This document shows positions 1 through 12,275 of a stretch of 64,000 bases of DNA, piece after piece. The translations under genes were made by a program, and so were the position numbers. How positions within the stretch are numbered: the first letter of the stretch is position 1; the number at the start of each line of letters is the position of its first letter. The stretch spans positions 186,001-250,000 of the forward strand of contig QPGO01000105.1 of assembly GCA_008632985.1 (NCBI GenBank), given 5' to 3'. This stretch comes from Psammoneis japonica (lineage: Eukaryota). Below the pieces are notes generated by a model. It was not told where the DNA came from. It did not search any database and saw only the letters and a list, made by a program, of their open reading frames with translations.

Positions 1-132
1 GAGCTTTGAAGATTTTCCAAGTGACATTTCTCCCTGTTCTTTCGAGCTGACGTTTGAGCCCTCCAGAACTGGGGGTTCCACAGGACCAGTTGATGCCGGT
101 ATCTGCTCTTCTTGTTTGGCCTCGTTATTCAT
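1..132 (-). CDS. 5' end of an unidentified gene running off the left edge (MNNEAKQEEQIPASTGPVEPPVLEG...)
   Basis: ATG at 132-130 with an open frame to base 1; normal TpA/CpG content; no recognisable motif. Confidence 0.35.
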   Translation of the reverse strand, partial: MNNEAKQEEQIPASTGPVEPPVLEGSNVSSKEQGEMSLGKSSKL

Positions 133-469
133 GTTCGTCGAGCTGTCGAGCTGCAGTCAGCCACTTACAATACACGCTATGACGTTCGATGATATTTAGC
201 GAATGCGACTCCCTTCGACGTTCGAATAGTCGGGAAAGGTGTGAATATATACGGTCGGATGAGAACACTCAGAGAATAGAAGGCAGGTGCGGTGCGTGCG
301 TGTCAGCTGCATGTCGATAAAGAATGAAGACGACTGCGCGATTGACGGAGAGATGATGCCCATCACTCACTCATTCGGCAAAGGCAGTGAGTCGTGCGAT
401 TCGTTCTGTCGAATCCTACGCAACGGAGATGTGTTGTCGTACACTTTCACGCCTGCATCGCCTCCAAAT

Positions 470-680
470 TTTCAATTCGAAAATTTGGAACGGGCCAACG
501 CTCTCACGAGGAGGTTCAGGATCCTTTGGATCATGCTGTTGTATTCACGTTGTTTGCCTGCCACTTTTTACACGTGTCATTCTGAAGGACTTCATCCATG
601 CCGCAGTTGCAACAACAACGAAATGACATGTTGCAAACAAGCAGCGCAACTGTGCGGTCACAGTTGAGTCGTCGCAGTGC
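470..680 (+). repeat. Direct repeat copy A (~200 bp), matches 4395-4600
   Basis: Shared ttcacgttgtttgcctgccactttttaca-gtgtcattctgaaggacttcatccatgc-gcagttgcaacaacaac. Confidence 0.9.
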
Positions 681-2605
681 CGTCCACACGTCGCACGGCA
701 CACAGGCTCAGAGCAAACCGGAGCAAGCGTGGTGGGACACTCAATGTGGCACACAAAATGGGAGACATTTCATGTTTCACGGATGCAGCTTCCGGGTCTC
801 AACATTCCCCTTTCGATTTTCTGTGCCGTTTTTGTGTTGTCACGGTGGAAGTGCAATGACCATGATGGTCGATTTTCACATCAATGTGAGTGGGGCCCAA
901 ATGCACTGACCATTGGAACCTCATCAAATCGATGGTGCAGAACACTGTCATGTCACCAGCGCATCTGGGCCCCACTTGCATTGCCATGAAAATCGCGACG
1001 GCATTCTCTCACTCTCATGGCTGATTTCTTTCTGCAGGCGCACCCAGAAAAGTGCTGCGCACCGATGCTGTGCAAGCGCCTGTGCTGATGAGGGGTCACG
1101 GGCTTGATTTCTAGTTTCCTTGGTGCAAAAGAGCACAGCCCTTGGCCTTGAACACCTCGTGCTCCAAAGGATGACGGCCAGCTCGGAGCTCACATGCAAA
1201 GCACACTGCCGTTGTTGGTTTCACAGTGCCGCACAGTTTTTCAGCTTGATCAGTGCAGGCTTGGTGCATTTCCATGTGAAGGAAACAATCCACCTGGCAC
1301 GCAAGCAGTGCAGCAATCGCCCAGCTCACAGACTTCCATTTGTCTGCACCGGTGCTGTTCTTGATTTCGTCTGCGCACCCGCTTGGCGGATTAAATCACT
1401 TTCTCAATGGGAAGCGAGTTGCTTTTGTCTCAGATTTTTTGAATTTTTGATTTCAAAACTTTGCACATGTGCTTCCATTGGTTCTGTTCTGTGTCCCCGC
1501 ATGTCTTGTGTCCTTGTCAGCACTGGGCTGAATCGCGCGCTTCTGCTGAATGAAATGTTGCACCAAGATCCACACAATGCCGACCGACCAACCAACCGAC
1601 GCACCACACGGCATGTGACTGACTCAAGGTGGTCATTGCGCTGTTCACATGTTCATGTCCTTTGAACAATTCAAGTGCAATGTTGTTCAATGCACAAAAG
1701 AATTTTTGCAATCAAGCATGCTGGATCAATGAAAGTTCTAATTTTTGAGTTTCGGCATCGGAGCCACCACACACAAACAAATCACACAAACAACAAAGAC
1801 CAGACTCACACTCAACACTCACAACAGCAAGCTCTCTCTCTCTCTCTCTCTCTTGTTGTGGCTTTCATGTTGCAAGAGTTCTCTTTGTGTGCAATGTTGT
1901 TTCACCCACCATGAAGCGACTCACTGAAATCAACACACAAGCCATTCTCTCCTTTGTGGAGGAGCGCATTCACAATGGAAAATTCCCAAACATTGTGACA
2001 AGGGATGTGGAGGGCATTTCATGTGCAGATCTCCAAGAGCATCAGAGTTGACGATGCACCTGTGACAAGACTGTCCGAGATGGAAACATCTGCTTTGGCC
2101 TGAAATGTGTCAATGGCAGTGATGGGGAGTCCATTTTGCTGCACGTCATTCCATGCCAAAGCGAAGAAGGCAGTGATGCTGTTCTTGCCTGCTGCACAAA
2201 CTGGCTTCTTCACCACAAAGACCTTTGGCACCTTAAGGGCACACACATTTTGGCCCAGTGTGATGATCCAGACAACAGTCTCATGGCAATGGAGGGCATC
2301 TCAATTGTCAAGGAACAGATTGACAGCAAGATTGTTGAAAGAGCAAAGAAACAAGCGTTCACGGATGCTGTTGTCAAGTTTCTTGTTGCCATTTCCAAAC
2401 ACATGGCTTTGACGGATGAGGAAGATTTGTTCGCGGTGCTGCAAGAAGCCCGGTCTGGTCACTTTCAAGAACTCAACAGATGCAAACTGGGGAAACATGG
2501 TGTGTGGGGCAAGCGTGGTGATCAGATCAAAGAAAGTTTCAATTTTGAAACCATGAAGGACAAGGCGCCCGCAAAATCTTTGCATCCCCATTTTCCAGTG
2601 CTGGG

Positions 2606-4057
2606 GTGGATGACAACAGCACCTTTGAGCCTGACTCCACTGGTGTAGAACCCAAAAGCACCAAGAATCCTGACAGCACCCTCGAGCCCAATGAAGAAGA
2701 GGAGCAAGTCGAGGAGGAGTCCATCAAAGCAAAGAAGTCTAAAGAGGAACAGCATGCCGAGGCACAGGCTCTTGCTGAGGAGTGGGCCAAGAAGAGCCCA
2801 GTGCCCATTGCAGAGCACATCAAGCAGCAGGAGCACAAAGAACCCAAGGCTCAGATGCATTTTGAGAACCTGAATCAGCAACCCCATCCCCAGAACCCGG
2901 TCCCGCTGCCAGCTGATGTCCTTGAGGAACCTGCTGGTTGCCAGCACTCCGTTGTGAGTGAAGACAAGGAAGAACACAAAGAAGGCACAGTGGCACCACT
3001 CAAACAAAAGATGAACTCACTTTGGGATGTGGCACGTCACACGATGGTTGTTGTCTGTCTTCTTGTTGCATGCACCCTCCTTGCAGGCAACGAGCCTTCC
3101 ACCAGCACTTCCTTGAGCATGAATGCACCATGCTTTGAACCTGCACCCAGATGTGAGGACCCAAGCACTGAAGCGCCACAATTGCTTTTGGACAAAGGAA
3201 TCAACACTTGTGCTCCCGGTTGCGTCTTGGAACGAGTCCCATGTCCAGAGGGCGGAATTTGCAGTGGCGGCTTTCTTCTCCTCTGCCAGGACAGCCAGTT
3301 CTTCATGGAGCCTGACCCTTGGGGCACCAAGTGCATCCTGAACAGTGGTGCGGTCGCCACACTCTCTGCCATCAAGGACACTTTGACAAATCTCACCGTG
3401 CAATGCACCTGTGACTTGGGGTGCCAGCTCCTCATGAAGAAGCATCCAGTTTTGCCAGCCAAAGTTGATGAGGACAAGGTTCCCTCGTTTGCCGTGCGAG
3501 ATGTCCAAAAGCGGGTTGACACTGACTTGGATTTGCCGCTTCTGGCTTCAAACCACTCTTTGTTTCAACTTGATGCAGAACTCCAACTGATTCGATTGAC
3601 TCGCGAAACTGTGGCCAAGGAGTTGAAAGCTCCTCTTTCGTGCACGATCTTGCACTTTGCAAAGGAGTCAGGTGTGAATGGTTGGATCTGCAGTTTGGCG
3701 AAAATTCTTTTCGACTGGGCAGTGAAGGATCCACTCATTGCAGCATCAGTTGCTGCATGTGTCATGTTGGTTCTTCATGTTGGAATGGCTCGGATCCGCC
3801 ACAAGAAGTTTCGCAACGCCATTGATGGGGTCCGTGACTTGGCCCACACCATGCTGCAAGAACAAGGTAGACCCACGGTGGTGTTGATGTTGCGTGACAT
3901 GGTGGCAAACGAATTGTGTCCTTGGTCCAGGAAGGAGCGCCGCCACTTTACGAATGCGATTTGGAAGCAGGTTGTCGCAGAAGCTAAAAGAGACCATCAC
4001 ATTCACAATTCCACTCAGAAACAATGTGGTTGCTGGCATCATTTAGGGTGGGAGTGA
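2606..4057 (+). pseudogene. Hypermutated Man1/Src1-C-terminal (LEM/MSC inner nuclear membrane)-like gene copy
   Basis: Acidic N-terminus, TM segment, Cys-rich lumenal loop (PCPEGGIC...C), second TM and C-terminal LRD...W motif resembling the MSC domain; no Tyr in 483 aa. Confidence 0.55.
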
Positions 4058-4394
4058 GGGTTGCTTCATGTTGGGCTTTGTGTGTTCTGTTGAACTTCTG
4101 CTTGTTGCTCACGCGGCATGCCTGGGCACAAGGGTTGAGAGTGGGAGCAAGCAAGCCACCAGCAACAGCAAGTGGAGGAGGTTTGGGGAGGTGGCGTCAA
4201 TTGCAAGGTGTCAATGTCACAGAGGGGAGGCAGCAGAGGCAGCTGAGTTGAGCTGAGTGCTTGCATCAATGGGGTGTCTGGCGATGGCATGGGGAGTTGA
4301 GGCTGCAGGGTGAGACAGGGAGGTGCAGCTTGCATGCTGCAGCATGAGGCGGAATTGATCTTCTGGGGCCAAGCATTGTTGGGGTGAGGAGGAG

Positions 4395-4600
4395 CAAAAA
4401 TTTGGAACTCGGCCAGCCCAACAAATGAACAAGGAGCACTCAAGATCCTTTGGAACATGTCATTGTGTTTCACGTTGTTTGCCTGCCACTTTTTACATGT
4501 GTCATTCTGAAGGACTTCATCCATGCTGCAGTTGCAACAACAACAGAATGACATGTTGCAAACAAGTGCAACTGTGCAGTTGAGTCACCGGCGCATTGCG
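4395..4600 (+). repeat. Direct repeat copy B, matches 470-680
   Basis: Direct sequence match to 470-680. Confidence 0.9.
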
Positions 4601-6399
4601 TGTGCACATCGTCGCACAATGGCATCACACTGTGGCCCTGCTCTCTCCAGCAGCAGTGCTGCAGAGAGCCAGCAGCCACTTCCTCCAGCAAGCAACAATT
4701 GTCCACGAGGAAACACCATGTTGTTCTTTTTGGGCCATGCATCGCAGTGCTGCTTCTGCTCAAAATGGCTCAGAGGGAAAAGCATCTGCGACCCACGTCA
4801 AAACATCACATCACATGGAAGCACTGCAGCAACGATGATCGCTCGTGCCATCAACCACTGCTTCACATGACAACAATGCCTCACATCATGGACCCTCCTC
4901 CACCAAGTCCAAGCATCCACTGCATTGGTGCATTGGTGCAGGTGCCGCCGGAACACCTCACGGGACACTGGGACAACTGACAGCACTGCAGCGAAGGTGG
5001 AACAGGCTTCATTGCAGGTTTCAACACTGTCGATGACCAAGTGAATGTGCAGCACACAGTCAACAACAGACTCAGTGTGGATGTCATTCCAACAGACTCT
5101 CTCCAACATCATTGGCTGTTGACAAGGTCTTGGGATTTGTGACAGCAGCATTTGCTCGTAGCAAAAATGATTTTCAGAGAGGGGGGTGCACGTGCACAAG
5201 GTCATTTGTGCTCATGCCAGCAGAAAGGTGAAGGCAAAGAAGGACTCGTGTTGCCCTTCATGTTGGGCTGTCAGAACATTCCATTGTCCAAAGATCCCAG
5301 AGAATTTGTTGCATCGCAAAGGCAAGGATCATTTTCAGAATTGGAGGTCACTGGATCAAATTCGGGGACAGAACGAAATCTGCATGGGATTGCATCCATG
5401 TCATTCTGTTGGCAAAGATGGAAGCAGTTGCTCAGAGGGGAAACAACGACAAGGGAAAACGAGTGCATCTTTTGTTCCAGTGGGACAATGCAACACCGCA
5501 TGTTGATTTGGTTCTTGTGGCCGGTGTTGATGGTGAATTCGCTCGCTCAATGCGGTTTGGAGCTTGTGCCGCAATCACCAAACTCCCCACGTGCATTTCT
5601 TTCCAGCAACAGCTGAGAGGGTCACTGCAGACCAAGGGCTTGAAAATGGTGGTCAACATTTGCAGGGGGGGCAGCTGTGGGCATCCGTTCGTCGCACTTG
5701 TGATCGCCATCCCGAGGGGACCATCTCCCGGTCATTGGTGCGCCACAGTCAAGTGGTGAAGGCTGTTTTTGAGTGTGATGGGAGTGATGATTTTGCAATG
5801 GATTTGCAATCACTTCACTGTGGGATTCGGAAGGTTTGTCAGCGTGTTTGCGCAACTCGGAAGAGATGCAGAATCCCACCGGAGTGGAGGTGAGGACTGA
5901 GCACTGGATCCGGTGGAACAGAACCTGTGGCACATGATGCTGGATGTCATTTGGGATGGGTGCAATCCGGCAGATTTCTTGAGTGAGAATGAACCTTCAA
6001 TGTTGGTGAATGATGTGGCCTGTTCGTGACTGGGAGGATGCTGAAGTGCATCTCATGGCGGAGCTAGAACAGAATCTAGAGAATTGACAGCATGCACTTA
6101 GAATCGGTACTAGAATATCTATGTTATCCTACCATCGCATCAAATTGGCATTTTATACCGTAGTCGGGCCAAAAGAAGCGATTCAATAGAGCGATCTCTC
6201 TCTAGAGGAGGTTTTTGTGGTGGCGCGAAGTCGCGCGTGAACAAAAATATGTAGAAGCAGTACCATGATGTACGGCCCAAAAAGATTAACACGGTGTTTC
6301 CTCGTGGCCAATTACTGTAACCTACTTCATACCGGCAGAACGAGCAAAGAGCAGCAACATTCAGACAAGCGTAGCAGTGTCCTCATAAGTTTCAACGAA

Positions 6400-7413
6400 A
6401 TGGCGTTTCGGTTCTCCATCAGGTGGATGCTGTTGTTATTATTTTGGTGCGGAATGATACTGATACAAATATGGAATTGGAAAGCCATGAGACAGGAAGA
6501 ACAGGAATCATCAACGGGCGTCATGATGCGCTCTAGTCAGAAAACGAGTCGTGAGTCGTCTTCTACTATTTCTCATCGTTTCAAAGTCGAGTCAAAACAA
6601 CGGTCTCTTGTCTCTCCTGGAGACATTGTTTATACACGTGGTTATGATGAAGCACCAGTCGTACTACACGAGCAAAAGTTGGTCTTTTTCACAGTCCCCA
6701 AGGTGGGTTGTACGGTTTGGAAGCAGTTGTTTCGGCGAATCAAAGGCTTTGCGGATTGGAACACAACCAAGGACGAAATCACGCACGAGCCTGATGGAAA
6801 CGGATTAAAGCTGCTGAGTGACTATTCCGTCGAAACTGCGAATGACATTATGACTTCAACGGAATGGACTCGAGCCGTCTTTTTTCGTAATCCTCAAGAG
6901 CGATTGCTGTCGGCGTATCTCGACAAGGCCTTTGATAAGAATGGATTGTACATTTATAATCATTGTTGCGTCGACACTTCGGAAGACGCAAAGAGTCATA
7001 TAGAGCCTGGCACAGTTCCGTGTGTCACTCGAGCGCAAGAGTCACTTGACAATTTCTTTGAGATTGTGCGTGGTGGTTGTACGGATCCTCATTGGCAGCC
7101 TCAGTGGAATCGCATGGAGCCAAAGTACTGGCCGTATATTAATTTTGTTGGGAGCTTTGAGAATGTCAAACATGATGCAGAAGCATTGCTCAAGAAAGTT
7201 GGCTTGTGGGAAGACTATGGGAAGTCGGGTTGGGGTAAATTTGGAAACGAGTCCATCTTTGGAGCCACGCGAACGTGGCATGCCACGGGAGCCTCCACCT
7301 TGATATCCAAGCATTATGGCGCTAAGCTTGCTCGTCAAGTCAAAGAGTACTACAAAATGGATTATGCAAACGATGTGTATGCTCATCTATTTGAAAACAA
7401 CACAGTTGCGTGA
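6400..7413 (+). CDS. Golgi-type carbohydrate sulfotransferase (Sulfotransfer_2 family)
   Basis: N-terminal signal anchor; VPKVGCTVWK (5'-PSB), RNPQERLLSAYLDK (3'-PB), DPHWQPQ. Confidence 0.85.
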   Translation: MAFRFSIRWMLLLLFWCGMILIQIWNWKAMRQEEQESSTGVMMRSSQKTSRESSSTISHRFKVESKQRSLVSPGDIVYTRGYDEAPVVLHEQKLVFFTVPKVGCTVWKQLFRRIKGFADWNTTKDEITHEPDGNGLKLLSDYSVETANDIMTSTEWTRAVFFRNPQERLLSAYLDKAFDKNGLYIYNHCCVDTSEDAKSHIEPGTVPCVTRAQESLDNFFEIVRGGCTDPHWQPQWNRMEPKYWPYINFVGSFENVKHDAEALLKKVGLWEDYGKSGWGKFGNESIFGATRTWHATGASTLISKHYGAKLARQVKEYYKMDYANDVYAHLFENNTVA

Positions 7414-7459
7414 CGTGGCACAGTCAGACTTATAACATGGTTACTACTCCAATCCTGGG

Positions 7460-9147
7460 TCAAACATCTTCCTGACAAAGCTCGTGTAACAACTGGCGAC
7501 AATTCTTTTCCAAAGCTTCATGATACAGCCTTCCATAGTCACTGGCACGCCTTGCGGCAGTAATAGTGTTCCGCTTGGCATTTTTCTTCAACACGTGATT
7601 TCCGAACGCCTTGCAAATCAGGGTCAAACACTTGGCACAAAGGCATGCGTCGTGCGGCTTCTCTGTGGCCTTGCCAAGGTTCTCAATCAGGAGCGGTACC
7701 AACGTCAAATCAAACGCGCGACTATCAAAACCATTGGCCATGCCGGTATAATAATCTGCCCCTTTGCCAAAGACAGGATTCATGGTGCCGTGGTGACGGG
7801 TGAAAACCAAGACCTCCAGCGCGTTTGACAACGTTTTCAAGGCCAAGCTAAAGAGATGGTCAGATGTCTTTCTCGACTTATCATCTTGGTCCTTGGCACC
7901 GCCATGTTCGTTTGGAGACTTTGATTCCGTCTGAATCAAGCTCTTTTCCAGTGCGGACCGCCAGAAACGGCGGATATCAGTAACTTTTGGCACTTCTTGT
8001 GCCGATGGAGCCTTTCCAAACAAAAGCGCTTGGCTTAGCTTTGTTGCTGTGGCAATATCCGTCTTTTTTCCATCCGTGGATAAGCGTAAAAGCTTCATGG
8101 CCGATATTAGCGACTCGATGCATTCAGAGTTCAAGCAATGGTGGAATGTACTTATCAAACTGCTCGCGCTTGAATCGTAATCTGAGCCATTTCGTTCCAT
8201 TGGACTATATAGCGACTCTGTGAGAAAGCGCATGTGGGATAGACCATTCGAATCAGAAATTTCCAGGTGCGGGTATGGGTTCTTCTTTCCGAGCGCCGTA
8301 TCGAGAATGCACTGGGCGTACAGCTGAAAGGTGATGGAGTCACCCCTGTATCGTTCCACCTCGACGAGAATGTCTTTGCCATCGCGGCTGGACCAGAGTG
8401 CCATACGAAATTCAACATGCTCAAGAGTTAGCAGATACCTGAATGTCTGGAAAACCGATTAAAAAAGAAGAGCATGTGAGTACAACGGGGCGTTAAGTTC
8501 GTGCAAGTTGTTCTCCGTCCGAGATTCTCGACTTACCGATTCATTGCGATACCGAACCTGAATGCTCAAACGACGAAACAAGGAAGCCATCCTTTCATTG
8601 AAGCATACCAAACAAAAGTCCGCGCGTCGAATGTATGCGGTTGTGGGTGCGGGAAGGTAGTAGAGTACAATCGGTTTGATTTGTTCCATCGTCATGAGAT
8701 TGTCGTGATGTGTGACGACTCTATTGAACGCCACAATCCAGTCGTGCTCGTCATTCGGACATTCGCAAAGTGTCCCCGCGTTAATGCTGAGACGTGGATT
8801 CCTTCCGACGGCAGTAGGCTCTTGATGGTCGGTAATTGCGACTTCCTCTCTGCAATGGCATTCGACGTACAACAAAAATGTTAGCGAAGGGAATTGGATG
8901 CGTTGTTTCGTCACCTCATAGTTATCGTACGGATGGAACAAGTGTGAACGAATCAATGCGCTTTTGAATGCCATTGCCGAAGTTGGTGTATGCTATCATC
9001 ACCAACGACTTCAAAGCTTACGGACGAATGGAGATCATGAACGTACCTACTACTAGCCTTTTCATCTCGGCCGTCATGGATCCTCTTCATGGTAAGATTC
9101 GGTGTACTTTTACCATTCGATGTGAATTTGTTGTTCTTGTTCATCAT
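7460..9147 (-). CDS. Hypothetical protein, copy 1 (probably spliced; exon limits uncertain)
   Basis: ORFs 7460-8404, 8459-8974 and 8953-9147 match the paralog at 12276-13962. Confidence 0.55.
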
Positions 9148-10305
9148 TTTAGTTTGTGAGAAACTCAGTCTTTTTTGTGGCTACATTGTTTTGCTGCCTG
9201 ACGAACAACATCCTCGATTACGAATCCGTGTCCGAACTTTGTCTGACTCACCCATTGACGGCTCCGCGATTGTATTTCTTGATATATACCAAACGCATAC
9301 GATCCGCGACTACCGAATCGTTGCACATGATAGATATTTGAACGTTGCCTTGAGTCGGACATTTGCGACCGGATCGACTCAATGTCCCATTCGTGCATGG
9401 CATGTGGATCGTCGATTCGATTCGTGCATTGCGAAAACACGAACACCTTTCTTCGGTTTGGTCCGCAGAAGAGAGGTGACTGCTTGTTGACGGCACAACA
9501 AATCCATTCGTGCTTTGACGAAAAGCCACTTGTGCTTTGAGTTGCTGCGTCATGGGAGCTTTGTCAGGAAAGTCTTGCTCATTGCCCAGGGATCGCGAGC
9601 ACTTGTTTCAAAGCCCGGTGGATACATCAATTCTGTTTCTCAAAACTTGAACCACCCCGTCTTTTGCGTTCCCCTTTTCAATGTTTTTCATGGTCATGCG
9701 TTGGTCTAAGCAAAAAATGGTGCTTTTGATATGACGCAATGGCATTTTGAGCCGAGAAATGGCAGTCGTTAGATAGGTATTCAATGTGCAGTTAAATTGA
9801 GTCCAAAAACCCTTATTTGATTGTTTGAAAGTGATAAGAGTTGTGTGACGCCCAATTGTACGTCCTGCATCTCCGTCGCTTTGCGCGCCATGGTCTCTTT
9901 CGAATGACATACATGCTCTGCGCCGCGACTGTGGGATTGGTTCAACGACAGACGGACGGACTTATTAATCACGCATCTTGGACACGTCACCCGTAATTAA
10001 CGATATGTCAGACTTCCCGCCAATAATTTTCTCTCAAGCATTGATAGATGCTGATCTGATCTTCAATATCTTGACGCACTTCTATTCCTTTTGTGGTTGG
10101 GTTCTCTTCCAGCTTGCAGGTACAGCAGTGCCTTCGTTGCGGTCTTACGCCGGTCTTTGTTGCGAAAGGCTTCGCATCAGCGAATTGATTTTTCTTACTT
10201 GTAGAGTAATAAGCAACAACATAGCGACTTGGCGATTAATTAGCAAGGCACTGCATTTTTCTGGGACAGAGACACAAGCCGATTTTACAAACTGAATAAA
10301 GAAAC

Positions 10306-11427
10306 ATGCAAGACCCACCACAAGTCCTTCCTCCCATTCCTTGGACGGTACCAAGAGTAAGCGGAGTGAACGTTGATGAACCTGCAAAGGTGGTTGTGCA
10401 AGGCGAAACCAACGAAGAAGGTGAAATTCCTCGACACGAAATATTTCTCACCTCTGCAGACGACAGTCATCCTCGAGCGTATCAACTCGTAGAGCGAGAA
10501 CCCTTTTACACGTCCGAAGGAAAAAGGGTGTACCGGGGTTATGCGTTGGAGTTTCTCGGTGTAGTACGAAATGAAGAACTCGGCAAATACGATAACTTGT
10601 TTCTAAGGCCAATAGAAGAAGATATCAAGTATGTAGCGATTAAAAGAATTGCACTCCAAAGGCGGAACGCCATAACCGGAAAAATGCAAGACATCATTTG
10701 GGGTGTTGGTGGCGACAACCCCTACGATGAAATCGCAGCCATGCAGAATTTGAATCCCAATTGCAATGTAGATCAAAATGCAATCACAATTGGATGCATG
10801 GACGCGCTTCAAGACGAGAATCACCTTTATATTGTTACTCCTTTTCTCCCCCGCCGTGATTTGTTCAGTTTCACCCGCTTGGCAGTAGGCGAAACCAAGA
10901 ATCAAGTTCGTGACTTTTTTCAAAAGCTTGTGGAAAAAGTGCAAGCCTTGCATGATCGAGGTGTTGTTCATTTTGATTTAAAGAATGAAAATGTTGGTAT
11001 TCTCGGGCAGGAAGTTCCAAATGAACCACAGACAGTAGTAGACAAGGATCCCATATTGATTGACCTCGGACAAGCCCAGCAAGTGGATCGTGATGCTCCC
11101 TTGATGCTTTTTACAGCAAGGACTGGTACTCTCCCATTCCAAGCACCCGAAGTTAGCCGAGGCGACGCCGCTATCGATCCATATGCTGTTGATGTATGGG
11201 CACTCGGTGTCACCCTGTACACCCTCTTGACCGGATACTTTTTGTACTCACGGCCCTTTGATCAGCACTACAGATATTATATTGAAAGGAAAGGATTGTT
11301 GCGTGACGGTAACCTGAACAATTTGGGAGGCGCTAGAGACCCGGTACGTACGCTACTCATGGGAATGCTCGAACCTACTCCAGCCAGAAGAATGAAGTTA
11401 CATGAAGTTCAAGCACACCATTGGTAG
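10306..11427 (+). CDS. Ser/Thr protein kinase, copy 1
   Basis: VAIK, HFDLKNEN, DLG (DFG variant), GTLPFQAPE, DVWALG. Confidence 0.9.
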   Translation: MQDPPQVLPPIPWTVPRVSGVNVDEPAKVVVQGETNEEGEIPRHEIFLTSADDSHPRAYQLVEREPFYTSEGKRVYRGYALEFLGVVRNEELGKYDNLFLRPIEEDIKYVAIKRIALQRRNAITGKMQDIIWGVGGDNPYDEIAAMQNLNPNCNVDQNAITIGCMDALQDENHLYIVTPFLPRRDLFSFTRLAVGETKNQVRDFFQKLVEKVQALHDRGVVHFDLKNENVGILGQEVPNEPQTVVDKDPILIDLGQAQQVDRDAPLMLFTARTGTLPFQAPEVSRGDAAIDPYAVDVWALGVTLYTLLTGYFLYSRPFDQHYRYYIERKGLLRDGNLNNLGGARDPVRTLLMGMLEPTPARRMKLHEVQAHHW

Positions 11428-11713
11428 TGATCTGCAGCAATCGGACGTCCTCAAGAAAATAGTAAAAAGAGAAGTAAGAGTATCTGAAAACTCCAGCCAG
11501 AAGAATGAAGTTACATGAAGTTCAAGCACACCATTGGTAGTGATCTGCAGCAATCGGGCGTCCTCAAGAGAGTAGAAAAAAGAGAAGTAAGAGTATCTGA
11601 AAACTCCAGCCAGAAGAATGAAGTTACATGAAGTTCAAGCACACCATTGGTAGTGATCTGCAGCAATCGGGCGTCCTCAAGAGAGTAGTAAAAAAGAAGT
11701 AAGAGTATCTGAA
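11377..11713 (+). repeat. Three tandem ~113-bp copies of the kinase 3' end/stop region
   Basis: actccagccagaagaatgaagttacatgaagttcaagcacaccattggtagtga... starts at 11377, 11490 and 11603. Confidence 0.95.
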
Positions 11714-12275
11714 ATGTACACAAGAATCTCCACCGAGATAGTTTCAAATAGTCTAACAAAATAGTATGTGATTGATAGATAGTGATGCTCGCTATTGTTC
11801 AGGCTCATATTTCCTTTACCTCTACTAGAGTAGTAGCAGAGTCCTATTTACATTTCAGAATCTTGCTAAAAAGCTCCATTACCATAAATCCTATACGCAC
11901 TTTTTCTCGACATTCTTTTACGCGTAAGTGGAGGTGACACGAGGTTAAACTGTCAAGAGGTGAAGTGGTAGCGAGACAAGGATGCAGTAGTCTTCTCTTG
12001 CCAGAGACCAAACTACACATAGGGCCTAGCTAGCGTGAGTCGATCGCTGAGCCACCGACATGCAAGTATGAACGGAGCGGTACCATAGCGACGAATGAAT
12101 GAAACCGTAAGTGCACCACTGCACGCTCTATTAGTTGTAAACGCCCTCAATCGATTGCACCTTTTCGACTACAAAAGAACAAATAAACAGAAAAGGGCAA
12201 CAAGCTTCATCTAGCACTAATAGCACGGCTACCAAGAAATAGCACGCCTCCACATTTCGCCTCCACATTACTGGG

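Larger units (their letters stand above)
285..6060. other. TpA-depleted hypermutated block with degraded gene copies
   Basis: Very few TA dinucleotides and TG/CA excess compared with the TA-rich flanks (e.g. 241-252, 6061-6130); ORFs are Cys/His-rich and Tyr-poor. Confidence 0.85.
7455..12215. repeat. Tandem segmental duplication, copy 1 (hypothetical gene plus kinase)
   Basis: Collinear with 12271-16720 from ctgggtcaaac to ttcatctagca. Confidence 0.92.

Noticed and set aside
2606..4057. Alternative genetic code explaining the missing Tyr
   Set aside because: Neighbouring intact genes use TAT/TAC for conserved Tyr and standard stop codons.
285..6060. Classical fungal RIP or simple methyl-CpG decay as the full explanation of the skewed blocks
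   Set aside because: RIP increases TpA and CpG decay does not remove it; here TpA is the dinucleotide lost, and LTR CpGs are intact.
11377..11713. CRISPR-like array
   Set aside because: Units are contiguous with no unique spacers, and the context is eukaryotic.
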